A stretch of DNA of 64,000 nucleotides, taken from the NCBI GenBank assembly GCA_023247725.1, contig JAHFFW010000003.1, forward strand, positions 64,704 to 128,703. The letters are read 5' to 3'. How positions within the stretch are numbered: the first letter of the stretch is position 1; the number at the start of each line of letters is the position of its first letter. Below the pieces are notes generated by a model. It had not been told where the DNA came from and made no database searches. It saw only the letters and a program-made list of their open reading frames with translations. The translations under genes and the position numbers were made by a program. This document shows, one piece after another, positions 49,453 through 57,964 of this stretch. This DNA comes from Candidatus Omnitrophota bacterium (GTDB lineage: Bacteria; Omnitrophota; Gorgyraeia; Zapsychrales; JAHFFX01).

Positions 49453-50354
49453 TGGTTTGGAAAAAAATGGCCATCTTTTTGTTCGGCCTCCTCTTGGGAG
49501 TCGCATTCATTGGGGCTCTCGGCTCAGTGGCTTTTAAATACAGAGATAAAATCGATCTTGAGCGAATTCACAAAGTTTTTGACATCCTTCGTTCGAAATG
49601 GAGAAGCTCAAAGCTTTATAGAGAAGAATTTCGTCAACCTATTCAGGCAACCGGAGGATCAAGCTTTGGACCGCAGGGACAATTGACATTCGAATTGTAC
49701 CGTCAAGGAAAATTCCAAATCGATGGCTCTGGTTACGCCTGGCAAAAATCCGACCATTATGGAGATGTCGCGGTCATTCGTTCAACGCGTCCTCTTCCCC
49801 AAACTTATAAGATCACGATCGTTGCCGGAGCGATTGATTATGGACTGGAAAAGCTCGACGGTCTTTCGAACGACCCCCAATACCCGGAAGGGCCGGCCAA
49901 TGAGAATGGTTGTTATTTGTTGGCCATCACCGACGTCAATCCAGCGGGACATCACACCAATATCTGGTGGCATCAGCATCGCAAGCTGGTCGTGGATGTG
50001 GACAATAATGTGTGGGGCCACGGAATGCCCAACCCGATTTTTATGGTGTATTTTGATCGGGACAATAAAATGATGTCTTTTCCCGGCGAAGAGAAAACTT
50101 GGCAGCCGGATTGGCGCGCCGCCGCGCATTATGATCCCTCCCAATGGTACCGCATCGATTTGGAAAAAACCGCGGAGCGTTTTCTCTTTACCCTTTCGCA
50201 GGAAAACGGTCCGCTCCTCGCCAGAGGAGAAGCAGCCCTTAAGGACATCTGGCATGAAGACGGGAATCATTCCGATTACTTGGTCATCGGTGATCCGCAT
50301 GAAAATTATTACCAGGGGAGTTTTAAAATTAAAAGCATCGCCTTGAAACTATAG
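49452..50354 (+). CDS. Hypothetical protein with an N-terminal signal anchor
   Basis: MVWKKMAIFLFGLLLGVAFIGALG is followed by a 270-aa domain with no motif I recognise. Confidence 0.4.
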   Translation: MVWKKMAIFLFGLLLGVAFIGALGSVAFKYRDKIDLERIHKVFDILRSKWRSSKLYREEFRQPIQATGGSSFGPQGQLTFELYRQGKFQIDGSGYAWQKSDHYGDVAVIRSTRPLPQTYKITIVAGAIDYGLEKLDGLSNDPQYPEGPANENGCYLLAITDVNPAGHHTNIWWHQHRKLVVDVDNNVWGHGMPNPIFMVYFDRDNKMMSFPGEEKTWQPDWRAAAHYDPSQWYRIDLEKTAERFLFTLSQENGPLLARGEAALKDIWHEDGNHSDYLVIGDPHENYYQGSFKIKSIALKL

Positions 50355-50364
50355 GTCAAGCAAA

Positions 50365-51138
50365 ATGAGTTCGGGATTACCTCCTATATTAATGTACCAT
50401 GGCATTATCGATGTTGAGAAAAACTTCCCCGAAGACCGGGAACCCGGAGCTTCTCTTTATGATTTACCGCTAGCGGTCTTTCGTCAGCATTTGGAGTTTT
50501 TGAAGAAAAACAATTTCCAAGTCAACACATGTGATTCGGATAAAAAGAAAAATGGCGGCAAGCAGGTTGTCCTGACATTTGATGACGGAGAGATGAACAA
50601 CTTCCTTCACGTGTTTCCAATGTTGCAACAATACGACTTTCCGGCTTATTTTTTTATCACGGTCGATCGGATCGGGAAAAAAGGATATATGGATTGGCCC
50701 CATCTTAAAGTGATGATTCAAAATAATCTGATCATTGGTTCGCATGGGATGCGCCATGAGATTCTGACCAAGTTGAATGAAGCGGAGTTGGTCCAAGAGT
50801 TGCGGTTGTCTCGCAAAATTTTAGAAGATCGTCTTCAAAAAAATATTTTTAGCTTCTCGGTCCCGCGGGGATTTTTCAATCTGCGAATTTTAAAACTTGC
50901 GAAGGAGGCCGGTTATTCAGAAATTTTTGTTTCCGGTTGTCCGCAGAATTTACCGGATGAATGCTGGGGCCGAATCGCCGTCAAAAGCCGCTGGGGAACA
51001 GATCGGTTAGCCATGGCGTTGGAAGGGCGTATCCCTTTGAACGAAAAAATTTTTGAGGCGGTCAAAAATACAATCCAATCCTGCATAGGGGATGAAAACT
51101 ACGATCGGTGGCGGGACAAAATATTAATGAAGTCTTGA
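50365..51138 (+). CDS. Polysaccharide deacetylase (CE4 / NodB homology domain; the exosortase-locus-associated type)
   Basis: VVLTFDDGEMNNF (the TFDDG motif), GSHGMRHE, and further His/Asp metal-binding contexts. Confidence 0.85.
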   Translation: MSSGLPPILMYHGIIDVEKNFPEDREPGASLYDLPLAVFRQHLEFLKKNNFQVNTCDSDKKKNGGKQVVLTFDDGEMNNFLHVFPMLQQYDFPAYFFITVDRIGKKGYMDWPHLKVMIQNNLIIGSHGMRHEILTKLNEAELVQELRLSRKILEDRLQKNIFSFSVPRGFFNLRILKLAKEAGYSEIFVSGCPQNLPDECWGRIAVKSRWGTDRLAMALEGRIPLNEKIFEAVKNTIQSCIGDENYDRWRDKILMKS

Positions 51139-51304
51139 CCCTAATTTCAATCTTGTGGATAATAAAAACACCGGAGGATGTTGTCGGGAAAAAATTCGGG
51201 CACTCTTTCCCGACGAGAAATGACGGTTTGACAACAAAAGAGGGCCGTGTTATACTTCCAGCGTAATAAATCCCGTTCTTTTGTTCGTCAATGTTCTGAA
51301 GTGA

Positions 51305-51390
51305 TAAAGGCAAACCCGGGGAAACCCGGCGACGCAAAACTACAGGGCCTAAACCCTCGTTTATCGAGGCAAAGGTAGCCAGTTGCCAAA
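51305..51390 (+). ncRNA. Candidate cyclic-di-GMP-I (GEMM) riboswitch aptamer
   Basis: Read directly: GGCAAACC-[CCGGG-GAAA-CCCGG]-CGACGCAAAAC-TACA-GGGCCTAAACC-[CTCG-TTTAT-CGAG]-GCAAAGGTAGCC-AGTTGCC. This gives a GNRA-capped P2, an ACGCAAA(A/G)C linker, a GGCCUAAACC P3 segment and a P1 pairing GGCAA/TTGCC, matching GEMM-I hallmarks as I recall them. Confidence 0.6.
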
Positions 51391-51428
51391 ACAGAGAATA
51401 TTCAACCCGTCTTTATTTAACCTTCTAT

Positions 51429-51478
51429 GCCTATTCTTTGGTGTTTTGCGTGTGCCCGAGAATAGGGTTTTTATTTTC
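51429..51478 (+). terminator. Intrinsic terminator forming the riboswitch expression platform
   Basis: 8-bp stem CCTATTCT/AGAATAGG at 51430-51437 / 51459-51466, followed by GTTTTTATTTT. It lies 58 nt upstream of the RBS GGAAAGGAG and ATG 51536. Confidence 0.5.
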
Positions 51479-51535
51479 TGGTCAGATCATGTCCGTATGC
51501 TACTTTGGGTAACACAAGAGGGAAAGGAGTCAGGA

Positions 51536-53827
51536 ATGTCAGCTAATGAGTTAAGCAAAAGAGTTTTGCCCCTCGGTCTTATGTTTTTGTTCATGATGCC
51601 CTTGGCCTTACAGGCGTCGACATATTATGTCCGTCCGGATGGTGGCTCGGCAAGCCAGTGCACGGGGTTAAGCGATGCCCCTTATCCTGGTTCTGGCAAT
51701 AACCAAGCCTGTGCTTTTAATCATCCCTATTGGGCGCTGGCACCGCTGGGAAACAATCCGACTAAATTCGTCGGAGGAGACACACTGATCATTGATGGTT
51801 CTAATGGCGCCCAGTATATGATGGGATATGGAGCCCCGAATTCTGGCGACACCTCCATCTGTTATGCCAACTGGCCCTGGGATTGTTTCATGCGGCCGAT
51901 TCCTTCCGGACCCCGTCCCGACCAGCCGACGCGAATTCTGGGCAAGGGTTGGAATAACGGTTGCGCCAATCCGCCGCAATTGTGGGGCAATGAACGACCC
52001 AACACCATCATCAACTTAAATGGAAGCAGTAATGTCGAGGTGCAGTGTCTGGAAGTGACCGATCATTCCTCCTGCCAACTGGGAGGCCCAAGTCCTTGTA
52101 ATCGGGACAATCCTCCTTTCGGGCCTTGGGCGGTCACTGGCATTTCCGCATCCGATAGTTCGAATGTCTTACTAAAGAATCTCAATATCCATGGCTTGTA
52201 CCGCGGCCTTCACGCCGGCCGCTTGAAGGACTGGACTTTGGAAGACGTGAAGATTGTCGCGAATTCATTCGTTGGTTGGGATGGGGATATCGGCGCGTAC
52301 AATTCTTCCAATTCCGGGACGTTGAGTTTCAACCGGGTTAAAATCCTTTATAACGGTTGCGGGGAAACTTATCCGGATCGAAAGCCCTATAATTGTTACA
52401 GCCAGGACCAAGGCGGATATGGGGACGGATTGGGTACGCACCAGACCGGCGGCTACTGGATTTTTAATAATGTGGACTTCAGCCATAATGTTTCCGACGG
52501 ATTGGACCTTTTGTATCACAACGGCAATGGATCTATCACCATCAAGCGTTCTCGATTTGAAGGCAATGCCGGTAATCAGGTGAAGGTCAATGCCAATACC
52601 CTGATCGAAAATTCCTTGCTCGTAGGAAATTGTGGATACTTTAAAACGCAACCCTTCACCTATAATCCCAGCACGTTCAATAATTGTCGTGCTGCTGGCA
52701 GCACATTGGCTGCAGGGTTCGCAGCTGGCCGAACCATTGAAATCCGTAATTCGACGATCACGAGCAACGGCGATGTCGTGATCATGTCCTCCGGCGATGG
52801 TTGTAATGGAACCGAGGTCTTAAGGTCCAGGAATAATATCTTTTTGGGAGGAACGGAGTTTAATGACGGCTACGATCTTTCCGCTCTCTATTATGCGTCT
52901 GGCCGAACCGGTAATGGCGACGGGACTTGCGGCTCCGTGCCGTTTGATGACGATTATTCCGTGATTTGGAATACGAAGGGGAATAGCGCGGTCTGTTCCG
53001 GAAAACCTCATTCAAAATGTCTAGATCCGAAGCTCATCGGGCCGATTGTTCAATATTTCACTGGCGATACGTACAATCTTAATCTTTTATCGGATAGTCC
53101 AGCGAAAGATATTGCCTTGGTCATTGCGGGAATGTCGAGCCTTGATTACAACAGTTTTGATCGCGGATCGGTTTGGGATTCGGGTGCGTTCGAGTATGGA
53201 TCCGTTCCATCCGTGCCATCAGGAGGCGGGTCGAATCTGCTGCCGGTTTGTGGCAATGGAAAATTGGAGAGTCCTGAGCAATGCGATGACGGTAATCTCA
53301 ATAATGGTGACGGCTGCAATAACCTCTGTGTCAAAGAAATCGCTCTGACCCCGGTCTGCGGTAATGGGAAACTGGAAGGAACCGAGCAGTGCGATGATGG
53401 GAACCTCAATAATGGAGATGGCTGCAGCAGCGTTTGCGTTAAGGAAGCGCCAGTCTCGGTTTGCGGAAACGGAAAATTGGAAAGCGGCGAGCAATGCGAT
53501 GACGGTAATCTCGTTTCCGAGGATGGATGCAGCGCCAGCTGCCAAAAGGAACCTCCTCGGACGCCGGTCTGTGGTAACCGTGTCGTTGAACCCGGTGAAA
53601 CGTGTGATGATGGCAATACCATCGATGAAGATGGATGCAGCAGTCGTTGCCAAATCGAACCTCCCACAACCAAATTTGTTTGCGGTAACGGGAAAAGAGA
53701 GGGTTCGGAACAATGCGATGATGGGAATTTGAGAGATGGCGATGGGTGCAGCCACAGTTGCACAATTGAATATAAGTCTCCTCCTAGAAAACAACCGGTC
53801 ATAAAAAAGCGAGTCATTCGAAGGTAA
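51536..53827 (+). CDS. Secreted right-handed beta-helix (pectate-lyase-fold) protein with five C-terminal cysteine-rich repeats (CGNGxxExxEQCDDGNxxxGDGCSxxC)
   Basis: Signal peptide MSANELSKRVLPLGLMFLFMMPLALQAS. Parallel beta-helix sequence features (NVEVQCLEVTD, NVLLKNLNIHG, repeated N/G-rich rungs). Five ~35-aa Cys-rich repeats of the Myxococcus-type disulfide repeat. No PEP-CTERM motif. Confidence 0.7.
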   Translation: MSANELSKRVLPLGLMFLFMMPLALQASTYYVRPDGGSASQCTGLSDAPYPGSGNNQACAFNHPYWALAPLGNNPTKFVGGDTLIIDGSNGAQYMMGYGAPNSGDTSICYANWPWDCFMRPIPSGPRPDQPTRILGKGWNNGCANPPQLWGNERPNTIINLNGSSNVEVQCLEVTDHSSCQLGGPSPCNRDNPPFGPWAVTGISASDSSNVLLKNLNIHGLYRGLHAGRLKDWTLEDVKIVANSFVGWDGDIGAYNSSNSGTLSFNRVKILYNGCGETYPDRKPYNCYSQDQGGYGDGLGTHQTGGYWIFNNVDFSHNVSDGLDLLYHNGNGSITIKRSRFEGNAGNQVKVNANTLIENSLLVGNCGYFKTQPFTYNPSTFNNCRAAGSTLAAGFAAGRTIEIRNSTITSNGDVVIMSSGDGCNGTEVLRSRNNIFLGGTEFNDGYDLSALYYASGRTGNGDGTCGSVPFDDDYSVIWNTKGNSAVCSGKPHSKCLDPKLIGPIVQYFTGDTYNLNLLSDSPAKDIALVIAGMSSLDYNSFDRGSVWDSGAFEYGSVPSVPSGGGSNLLPVCGNGKLESPEQCDDGNLNNGDGCNNLCVKEIALTPVCGNGKLEGTEQCDDGNLNNGDGCSSVCVKEAPVSVCGNGKLESGEQCDDGNLVSEDGCSASCQKEPPRTPVCGNRVVEPGETCDDGNTIDEDGCSSRCQIEPPTTKFVCGNGKREGSEQCDDGNLRDGDGCSHSCTIEYKSPPRKQPVIKKRVIRR
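53243..53770 (+). repeat. Five tandem ~105-bp coding repeats (the Cys-rich modules of the 51536 gene)
   Basis: Direct DNA repeats ccggt(t/c)tg(t/c)gg(c/t)aatgg(a/g)aaa(t/c)tggaa... repeated five times. They also create spurious long antisense ORFs. Confidence 0.8.
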
Positions 53828-53928
53828 GAATGACGAAAGATGCCGGGAAGGGCCCCCAGACCTTTCCCGGCGTCAACCCTTGAATCAAATCCCTAGACCT
53901 TTTTGACCAAAATCAATCGAATTATGGC

Positions 53929-53957
53929 TTGACAAGCTCTTCCAGCCTGCTAATAAT
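53929..53957 (+). promoter_or_regulatory. Sigma70-like promoter (TTGACA-N16-TAATAAT) in front of the second pseudopilin operon
   Basis: TTGACA at 53929-53934 and TAATAAT at 53951-53957; about 60 nt upstream of ATG 54018. Confidence 0.4.
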
Positions 53958-54017
53958 CGTTCTTGCCCGGCTTCCTCCAAGAATTCACGTTGCACCAAGT
54001 AACTTCTTTTATCCTCA

Positions 54018-54404
54018 ATGAAGAGAATGAAAACCGCCAAGGGTCTCACGCTGGTTGAGTTGCTCATTGCCGTGTTTCTGCTTTCTGTCGGTATCGCCAG
54101 CACCCTCATGTTTTTTTCGAATGCCATGCTCTCGGCGGATTTTGCCGGGGACATCAGCGTCGCTTCGACCCATGCCGAACATGTTCTTGAAGAGATGAAG
54201 TCTCGTCGGAGCCTAGAAGAGATCCAGGGCACCAATTGGCAAGAATGGGCCTTGCAACAGGATTTCAATATGCTGCCGAATGAAAGGGTGGAGGTCAACT
54301 TCGGCAATATTGAAGGTGCCCTTATGGATGTTACAGCCCAAATCCATTGGATCAAACGGGCCCGCGATAATCAGGTTTCTTTTATGACGACCTTATCCCG
54401 ATGA
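54018..54404 (+). CDS. Prepilin-type protein (PilV/GspI-like minor pilin)
   Basis: MKRMKTAKGLTLVELLIAVFLLSVGIAS; possibly starts at ATG 54027. Confidence 0.75.
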   Translation: MKRMKTAKGLTLVELLIAVFLLSVGIASTLMFFSNAMLSADFAGDISVASTHAEHVLEEMKSRRSLEEIQGTNWQEWALQQDFNMLPNERVEVNFGNIEGALMDVTAQIHWIKRARDNQVSFMTTLSR

Positions 54405-54883
54405 AGATACAAAAGCGGAAGGCTTTCACCTTACTGGAAATTTTGGTGACGGTCGCCCTGTTCACCTTTTTGGTGGCAGCGGTCTATCAGGCTTTTTTGG
54501 TAGGAAATCGATCCTGGACTAGTTATAACTACAGGGTCTCCATGCAAAGAGAATTGCGCTGGACCCTTTATGCATTGGTCAAGGATCTGCGAGAAGCCAA
54601 GGAAATTTTGGTGACTCAAGATGATACGAAGAGCGTTTTGAGCTTTAATAAACCAGGATCTGGCATCATCATTTACACCTGGTTCAAAGCGGGTGATCGG
54701 GCACAGCATTTGCTCCGGCAAGAAGAATCCAAAGAACGAACGATTGCCCAGCATGTTTCAAATCTGGAATTTATTCAGCCTTCCACCAAAGAAATTTTCG
54801 TTGATATCACGGTCACAGAGAGACCATTATTCGCCGCGCCATTGAGCTTGAATTTGAAACAAAAAGTCAAGGTCCGAATATAA
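54401..54883 (+). CDS. Prepilin-type protein (PilW/GspJ-like minor pilin)
   Basis: MKIQKRKAFTLLEILVTVALFTFLVAAVYQAFL. Confidence 0.75.
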   Translation: MKIQKRKAFTLLEILVTVALFTFLVAAVYQAFLVGNRSWTSYNYRVSMQRELRWTLYALVKDLREAKEILVTQDDTKSVLSFNKPGSGIIIYTWFKAGDRAQHLLRQEESKERTIAQHVSNLEFIQPSTKEIFVDITVTERPLFAAPLSLNLKQKVKVRI

Positions 54884-54897
54884 ATTTATAAAAGTCC

Positions 54898-56037
54898 ATG
54901 GGCCACAGAATTTCAAACAATAGGGGAGCTGCCCTCATCCTGGCCTATATTGTCATGGCTGCTTTAGTGACTCTTTCCGCCGGGTTTGCCCTTTCCACAT
55001 TCAATGAACTCAACGATGCCCGTCGATACCGGGATTCGTTGGCTGCCTTTTGGCTGGCGGAATCGGCCCTGGCGTCTTTTCTGCAAAATACCTCCATGCT
55101 GGATAAATCCGGAGCCATGAATATGACTTACCCTCAGGGCAGCGTGGTTTTACAAAAAGATGATTCTTATCCCACGAAAAGGTTGGTCACCGCGACGGGC
55201 AACGTGGGTGGGACCAAACGCAGTTTGCAGTTGGAGTTTCCCGCGTTAGCGCCGGAGGTATTCAATAATACGGTTTCGGTCAAAGGGGATATTCTTATTT
55301 CTGGGAAAAAATCCAATCTTGCGTTTAACGACAAAACCCGGATCAGCGGCCAGGTCGCCAAGAGCTCGCAGTTTTCTACGGTTAATTTTGAAGACCTCAA
55401 AGAAAAAACCGATTCGCATCTGGTTTCCATGCTGTATCCCGACGCAAATAATAATGGAGTCGTGGACGAATTTGAGGATTTTGTTCAGGTGAATCGAAAT
55501 TTGGTCACGACCTACCCGAAGGAGGAAGTCATTTATGTCAAGGGCAACGATACTTATACGGTTGTTCCCAGCAGTGCCTTGAAGGGCAAAAAGATTATTT
55601 TCGTGGAAGGAAGCCGCAGCGGCAAAGGCAATGTGATCATTCAATATATGGATGGCTGGCAAGATGACGAAAATTTAACCATCATCGCGACCGGCAATGT
55701 CACCTTCAATCAGCTGGGGATGGGCCAAACCAATTCGCAGCTTAATGTCATTGCCTGGGGCGGTTATTCGGAAACTGCCGCTTTGCCGGGAACTCGTCGA
55801 GGCATGATCTATACGCATGGAATCGCGAGTTTTGATGCCATTGATGAAACCTCGATCACTTACGGCAGTGTCGTGGCCAATGAAGGCTTAAAAATCAAAG
55901 AAATCTGGTCATATAAATCCTTTTACTATGCGGATACTCGCATCAATGGAGTTGTGCCTCCAGGTTTTGAAGGTCTTATCGGTGGAAGACTTTCGAGTGG
56001 GTATGCCGTCAAACCTAATGCATGGCGGGAAATTTAG
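54898..56037 (+). CDS. PilX-N-domain minor pilin / large pseudopilin
   Basis: MGHRISNNRGAALILAYIVMAALVTLSAGFALSTFNELNDARRYRDSLAAFWLAESAL has the PilX N-terminal architecture; 379 aa. Confidence 0.65.
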   Translation: MGHRISNNRGAALILAYIVMAALVTLSAGFALSTFNELNDARRYRDSLAAFWLAESALASFLQNTSMLDKSGAMNMTYPQGSVVLQKDDSYPTKRLVTATGNVGGTKRSLQLEFPALAPEVFNNTVSVKGDILISGKKSNLAFNDKTRISGQVAKSSQFSTVNFEDLKEKTDSHLVSMLYPDANNNGVVDEFEDFVQVNRNLVTTYPKEEVIYVKGNDTYTVVPSSALKGKKIIFVEGSRSGKGNVIIQYMDGWQDDENLTIIATGNVTFNQLGMGQTNSQLNVIAWGGYSETAALPGTRRGMIYTHGIASFDAIDETSITYGSVVANEGLKIKEIWSYKSFYYADTRINGVVPPGFEGLIGGRLSSGYAVKPNAWREI

Positions 56038-56038
56038 A

Positions 56039-56611
56039 ATGAGCCACAGAATTTATCTTGTGATTGGAATTGGGATTACGATTTTTGTGATTTTTTCCGC
56101 AATCGTTAACCGTTCCATCAATAAAACTTTTCGCGGACCGGAGATTGCACAACCAAAGGCACAAAAAACATCACCATCACCACCGCCGGAAAAAAAGTCA
56201 AAGCTTCCCGAACCTTTGGTTGTGCCGCCAAAGTCGGTTGGCCGACATACCTTGGACCCCGATGATCCTGCGCGGTTCGGAATTCTTGTGCAAAAAGAAG
56301 GGCAGGTCAAAACCCAGTCTCAATGGGACATCGATATGGATCGGGTTTTGATCCGTTCCCAAGTCCCAATACAGAAAGCGCCGGCCTTTGCTCAAACCAA
56401 AGTAACCGCAAAGGAATTTCAAAAAAAAATGCAACTCGTCAATGAACGGATTACACAATGCGAACGCCTCGCGGCTAACGATCCCAGCAATGAAGAAGCT
56501 AGGCAAAAACTACAGACCTTTTACATGCTCAAGTCGACACTGGCCTCTTTGGAACATGCGATTGTTATCCCCGAATCCTCCAATTCCGGTTTAGAAAATT
56601 CGCCGAAGTGA
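56039..56611 (+). CDS. Membrane-anchored Pro-rich / coiled-coil protein; hypothetical (possible pilus-assembly accessory)
   Basis: TM YLVIGIGITIFVIFSAIV, a Pro-rich stretch KTSPSPPPEKKSKLPEPLVVPP, and a C-terminal helical region. Confidence 0.4.
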   Translation: MSHRIYLVIGIGITIFVIFSAIVNRSINKTFRGPEIAQPKAQKTSPSPPPEKKSKLPEPLVVPPKSVGRHTLDPDDPARFGILVQKEGQVKTQSQWDIDMDRVLIRSQVPIQKAPAFAQTKVTAKEFQKKMQLVNERITQCERLAANDPSNEEARQKLQTFYMLKSTLASLEHAIVIPESSNSGLENSPK

Positions 56612-56809
56612 TTTGGCCTTTCTAAATTTTGCGAAATTTCACAAATATTTGTTTTGAAAAAACTTCCGCCAGATATGATAATTCCCCTGTTCGTTAAATT
56701 ATTCCATTCTTGTTGGGGCCATTAACGCTGGCCAGGAACTCTCGATCATGATAGTGGATGATCCGCAAGCAGAGGGTTTTTAAAAGTAAAATTGAGGCCA
56801 GGATGGGCC

Positions 56810-57964
56810 ATGGCAAAATTTCTTTTTTGGTATTTTTTATTTTTAATCGGATATTGCTATTTTGGTTATCCGATCATACTGAGCCTCCTTGCTCGTCTAC
56901 GACCGAGACCGATTAAGAAGGCGCCTATGTTTCCTTTTGTTAGTATCATTATTTCCGTCTGCAATGAAGCGGAGGTGATTGAAAAAAAACTAAAGAATCT
57001 TCTGGCTTCGGATTACCCGGCGGAACAAATGGAAATACTGGTCGGTTCCGATGGGTGCGTGGATCAAACAGTCCAAATCATAAAGGAATTTTCTGATTAT
57101 AGGATAAGGCTCTTTGAATTCCCCTCCCGCCGGGGAAAATCGAGTGTTTTAAATGATCTTGTCCCGCAGGCTAAAGGTGAGATCCTGATCTTCACCGATG
57201 CTAGGCAAATCTTTGCTAAGAATGGCATAGAGGCTTTAGTCCAAAATTTTGCCGATCCGAAGGTCGGCTGCGCCAGTGGAGAATTGATTCTGGGCCAAAG
57301 TCAGGCATCGACTGGCAAGGGCATTCACTTGTATTGGAATTATGAAAAATTTTTACGCCGCGCCGAAAGCCAAATCCATTCGATGATCGGAGCGACCGGC
57401 GCCATTTATGCAATCCGCAAAGAACTGTACACCCCACTGCCGCCCGATGTCGTGCTTGATGACGTGTATATCCCGTTGAGGGTGGTGGAACGCGGTTTCC
57501 GGTGCATTTTTGACAACGAGGCTAGGGCCTACGATCAGGTTGCAGAAAACCCGTCGCAGGAGCATGCCCGCAAAGCGCGGACCCTGTATGGGAATTACCA
57601 GATCTTTACCCTCTTTTCCGATATGTTCAATCCGGCCAAAAGTTATTTGGCTTTTCAGCTTTTCTCTCATAAATTTTTGCGCGTTATGGTGCCTTTTTTA
57701 CTGGTGGGATTATTCGCGGTCAATATCCCTCTTATGTTTGAACCATTCTACCGGGTGATATTTTTTTCGCAGGTCATATTTTATGGGCTGGCTTTTTTAG
57801 GGTACCAGTTAAGAAATTCAAAATGGATTATCCCTGAGCCTATTTCCCGACTGACATACATTCCATATGTTTTTTGCCTGTTGAATTATTCGGCATTGGT
57901 AGGATTTGTTCGATTTGTGACTTCCGGGCAAAGCGTGGCTTGGGAAAAGGCCGGGGATGTCTAA
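56810..57964 (+). CDS. Integral-membrane GT2 family glycosyltransferase
   Basis: Two N-terminal TM segments, a GT2 catalytic domain (FVSIIISVCNEAEV...LVGSDGCVDQT, FTDARQ) and four C-terminal TM segments. No QxxRW motif was found. Confidence 0.75.
   Translation: MAKFLFWYFLFLIGYCYFGYPIILSLLARLRPRPIKKAPMFPFVSIIISVCNEAEVIEKKLKNLLASDYPAEQMEILVGSDGCVDQTVQIIKEFSDYRIRLFEFPSRRGKSSVLNDLVPQAKGEILIFTDARQIFAKNGIEALVQNFADPKVGCASGELILGQSQASTGKGIHLYWNYEKFLRRAESQIHSMIGATGAIYAIRKELYTPLPPDVVLDDVYIPLRVVERGFRCIFDNEARAYDQVAENPSQEHARKARTLYGNYQIFTLFSDMFNPAKSYLAFQLFSHKFLRVMVPFLLVGLFAVNIPLMFEPFYRVIFFSQVIFYGLAFLGYQLRNSKWIIPEPISRLTYIPYVFCLLNYSALVGFVRFVTSGQSVAWEKAGDV

Noticed and set aside
53243-53770. Possible CRISPR array suggested by regularly spaced repeats
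   Set aside because: The repeats are ~105 bp, imperfect, in-frame and protein-coding (Cys-rich modules). There are no short identical direct repeats with unique spacers and no cas genes.
53146-53817. Long minus-strand ORFs (223 aa and 191 aa) and a plus-strand 122-aa ORF inside 53146-53817
   Set aside because: They are generated by the five ~105-bp tandem repeats encoding the Cys-rich modules of the 51536 gene. Their translations are low-complexity (PSPLLR..., SHCS...) and antisense to a well-supported CDS.
53842-53873. Hairpin GCCGGGAA/TTCCCGGC after the beta-helix gene as an intrinsic terminator
   Set aside because: It is a good 8-bp stem but has a 14-nt loop and no downstream U-tract (it is followed by GTCAACCC). 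It may be a weak or Rho-assisted stop, but it was not called as a feature.
56612-56809. Putative sigma-54 promoter TGGCCT...TTTTGC upstream of the membrane GT2
   Set aside because: The spacing between the GG and GC dinucleotides is 16 nt rather than 10, so it does not fit the -24/-12 geometry.
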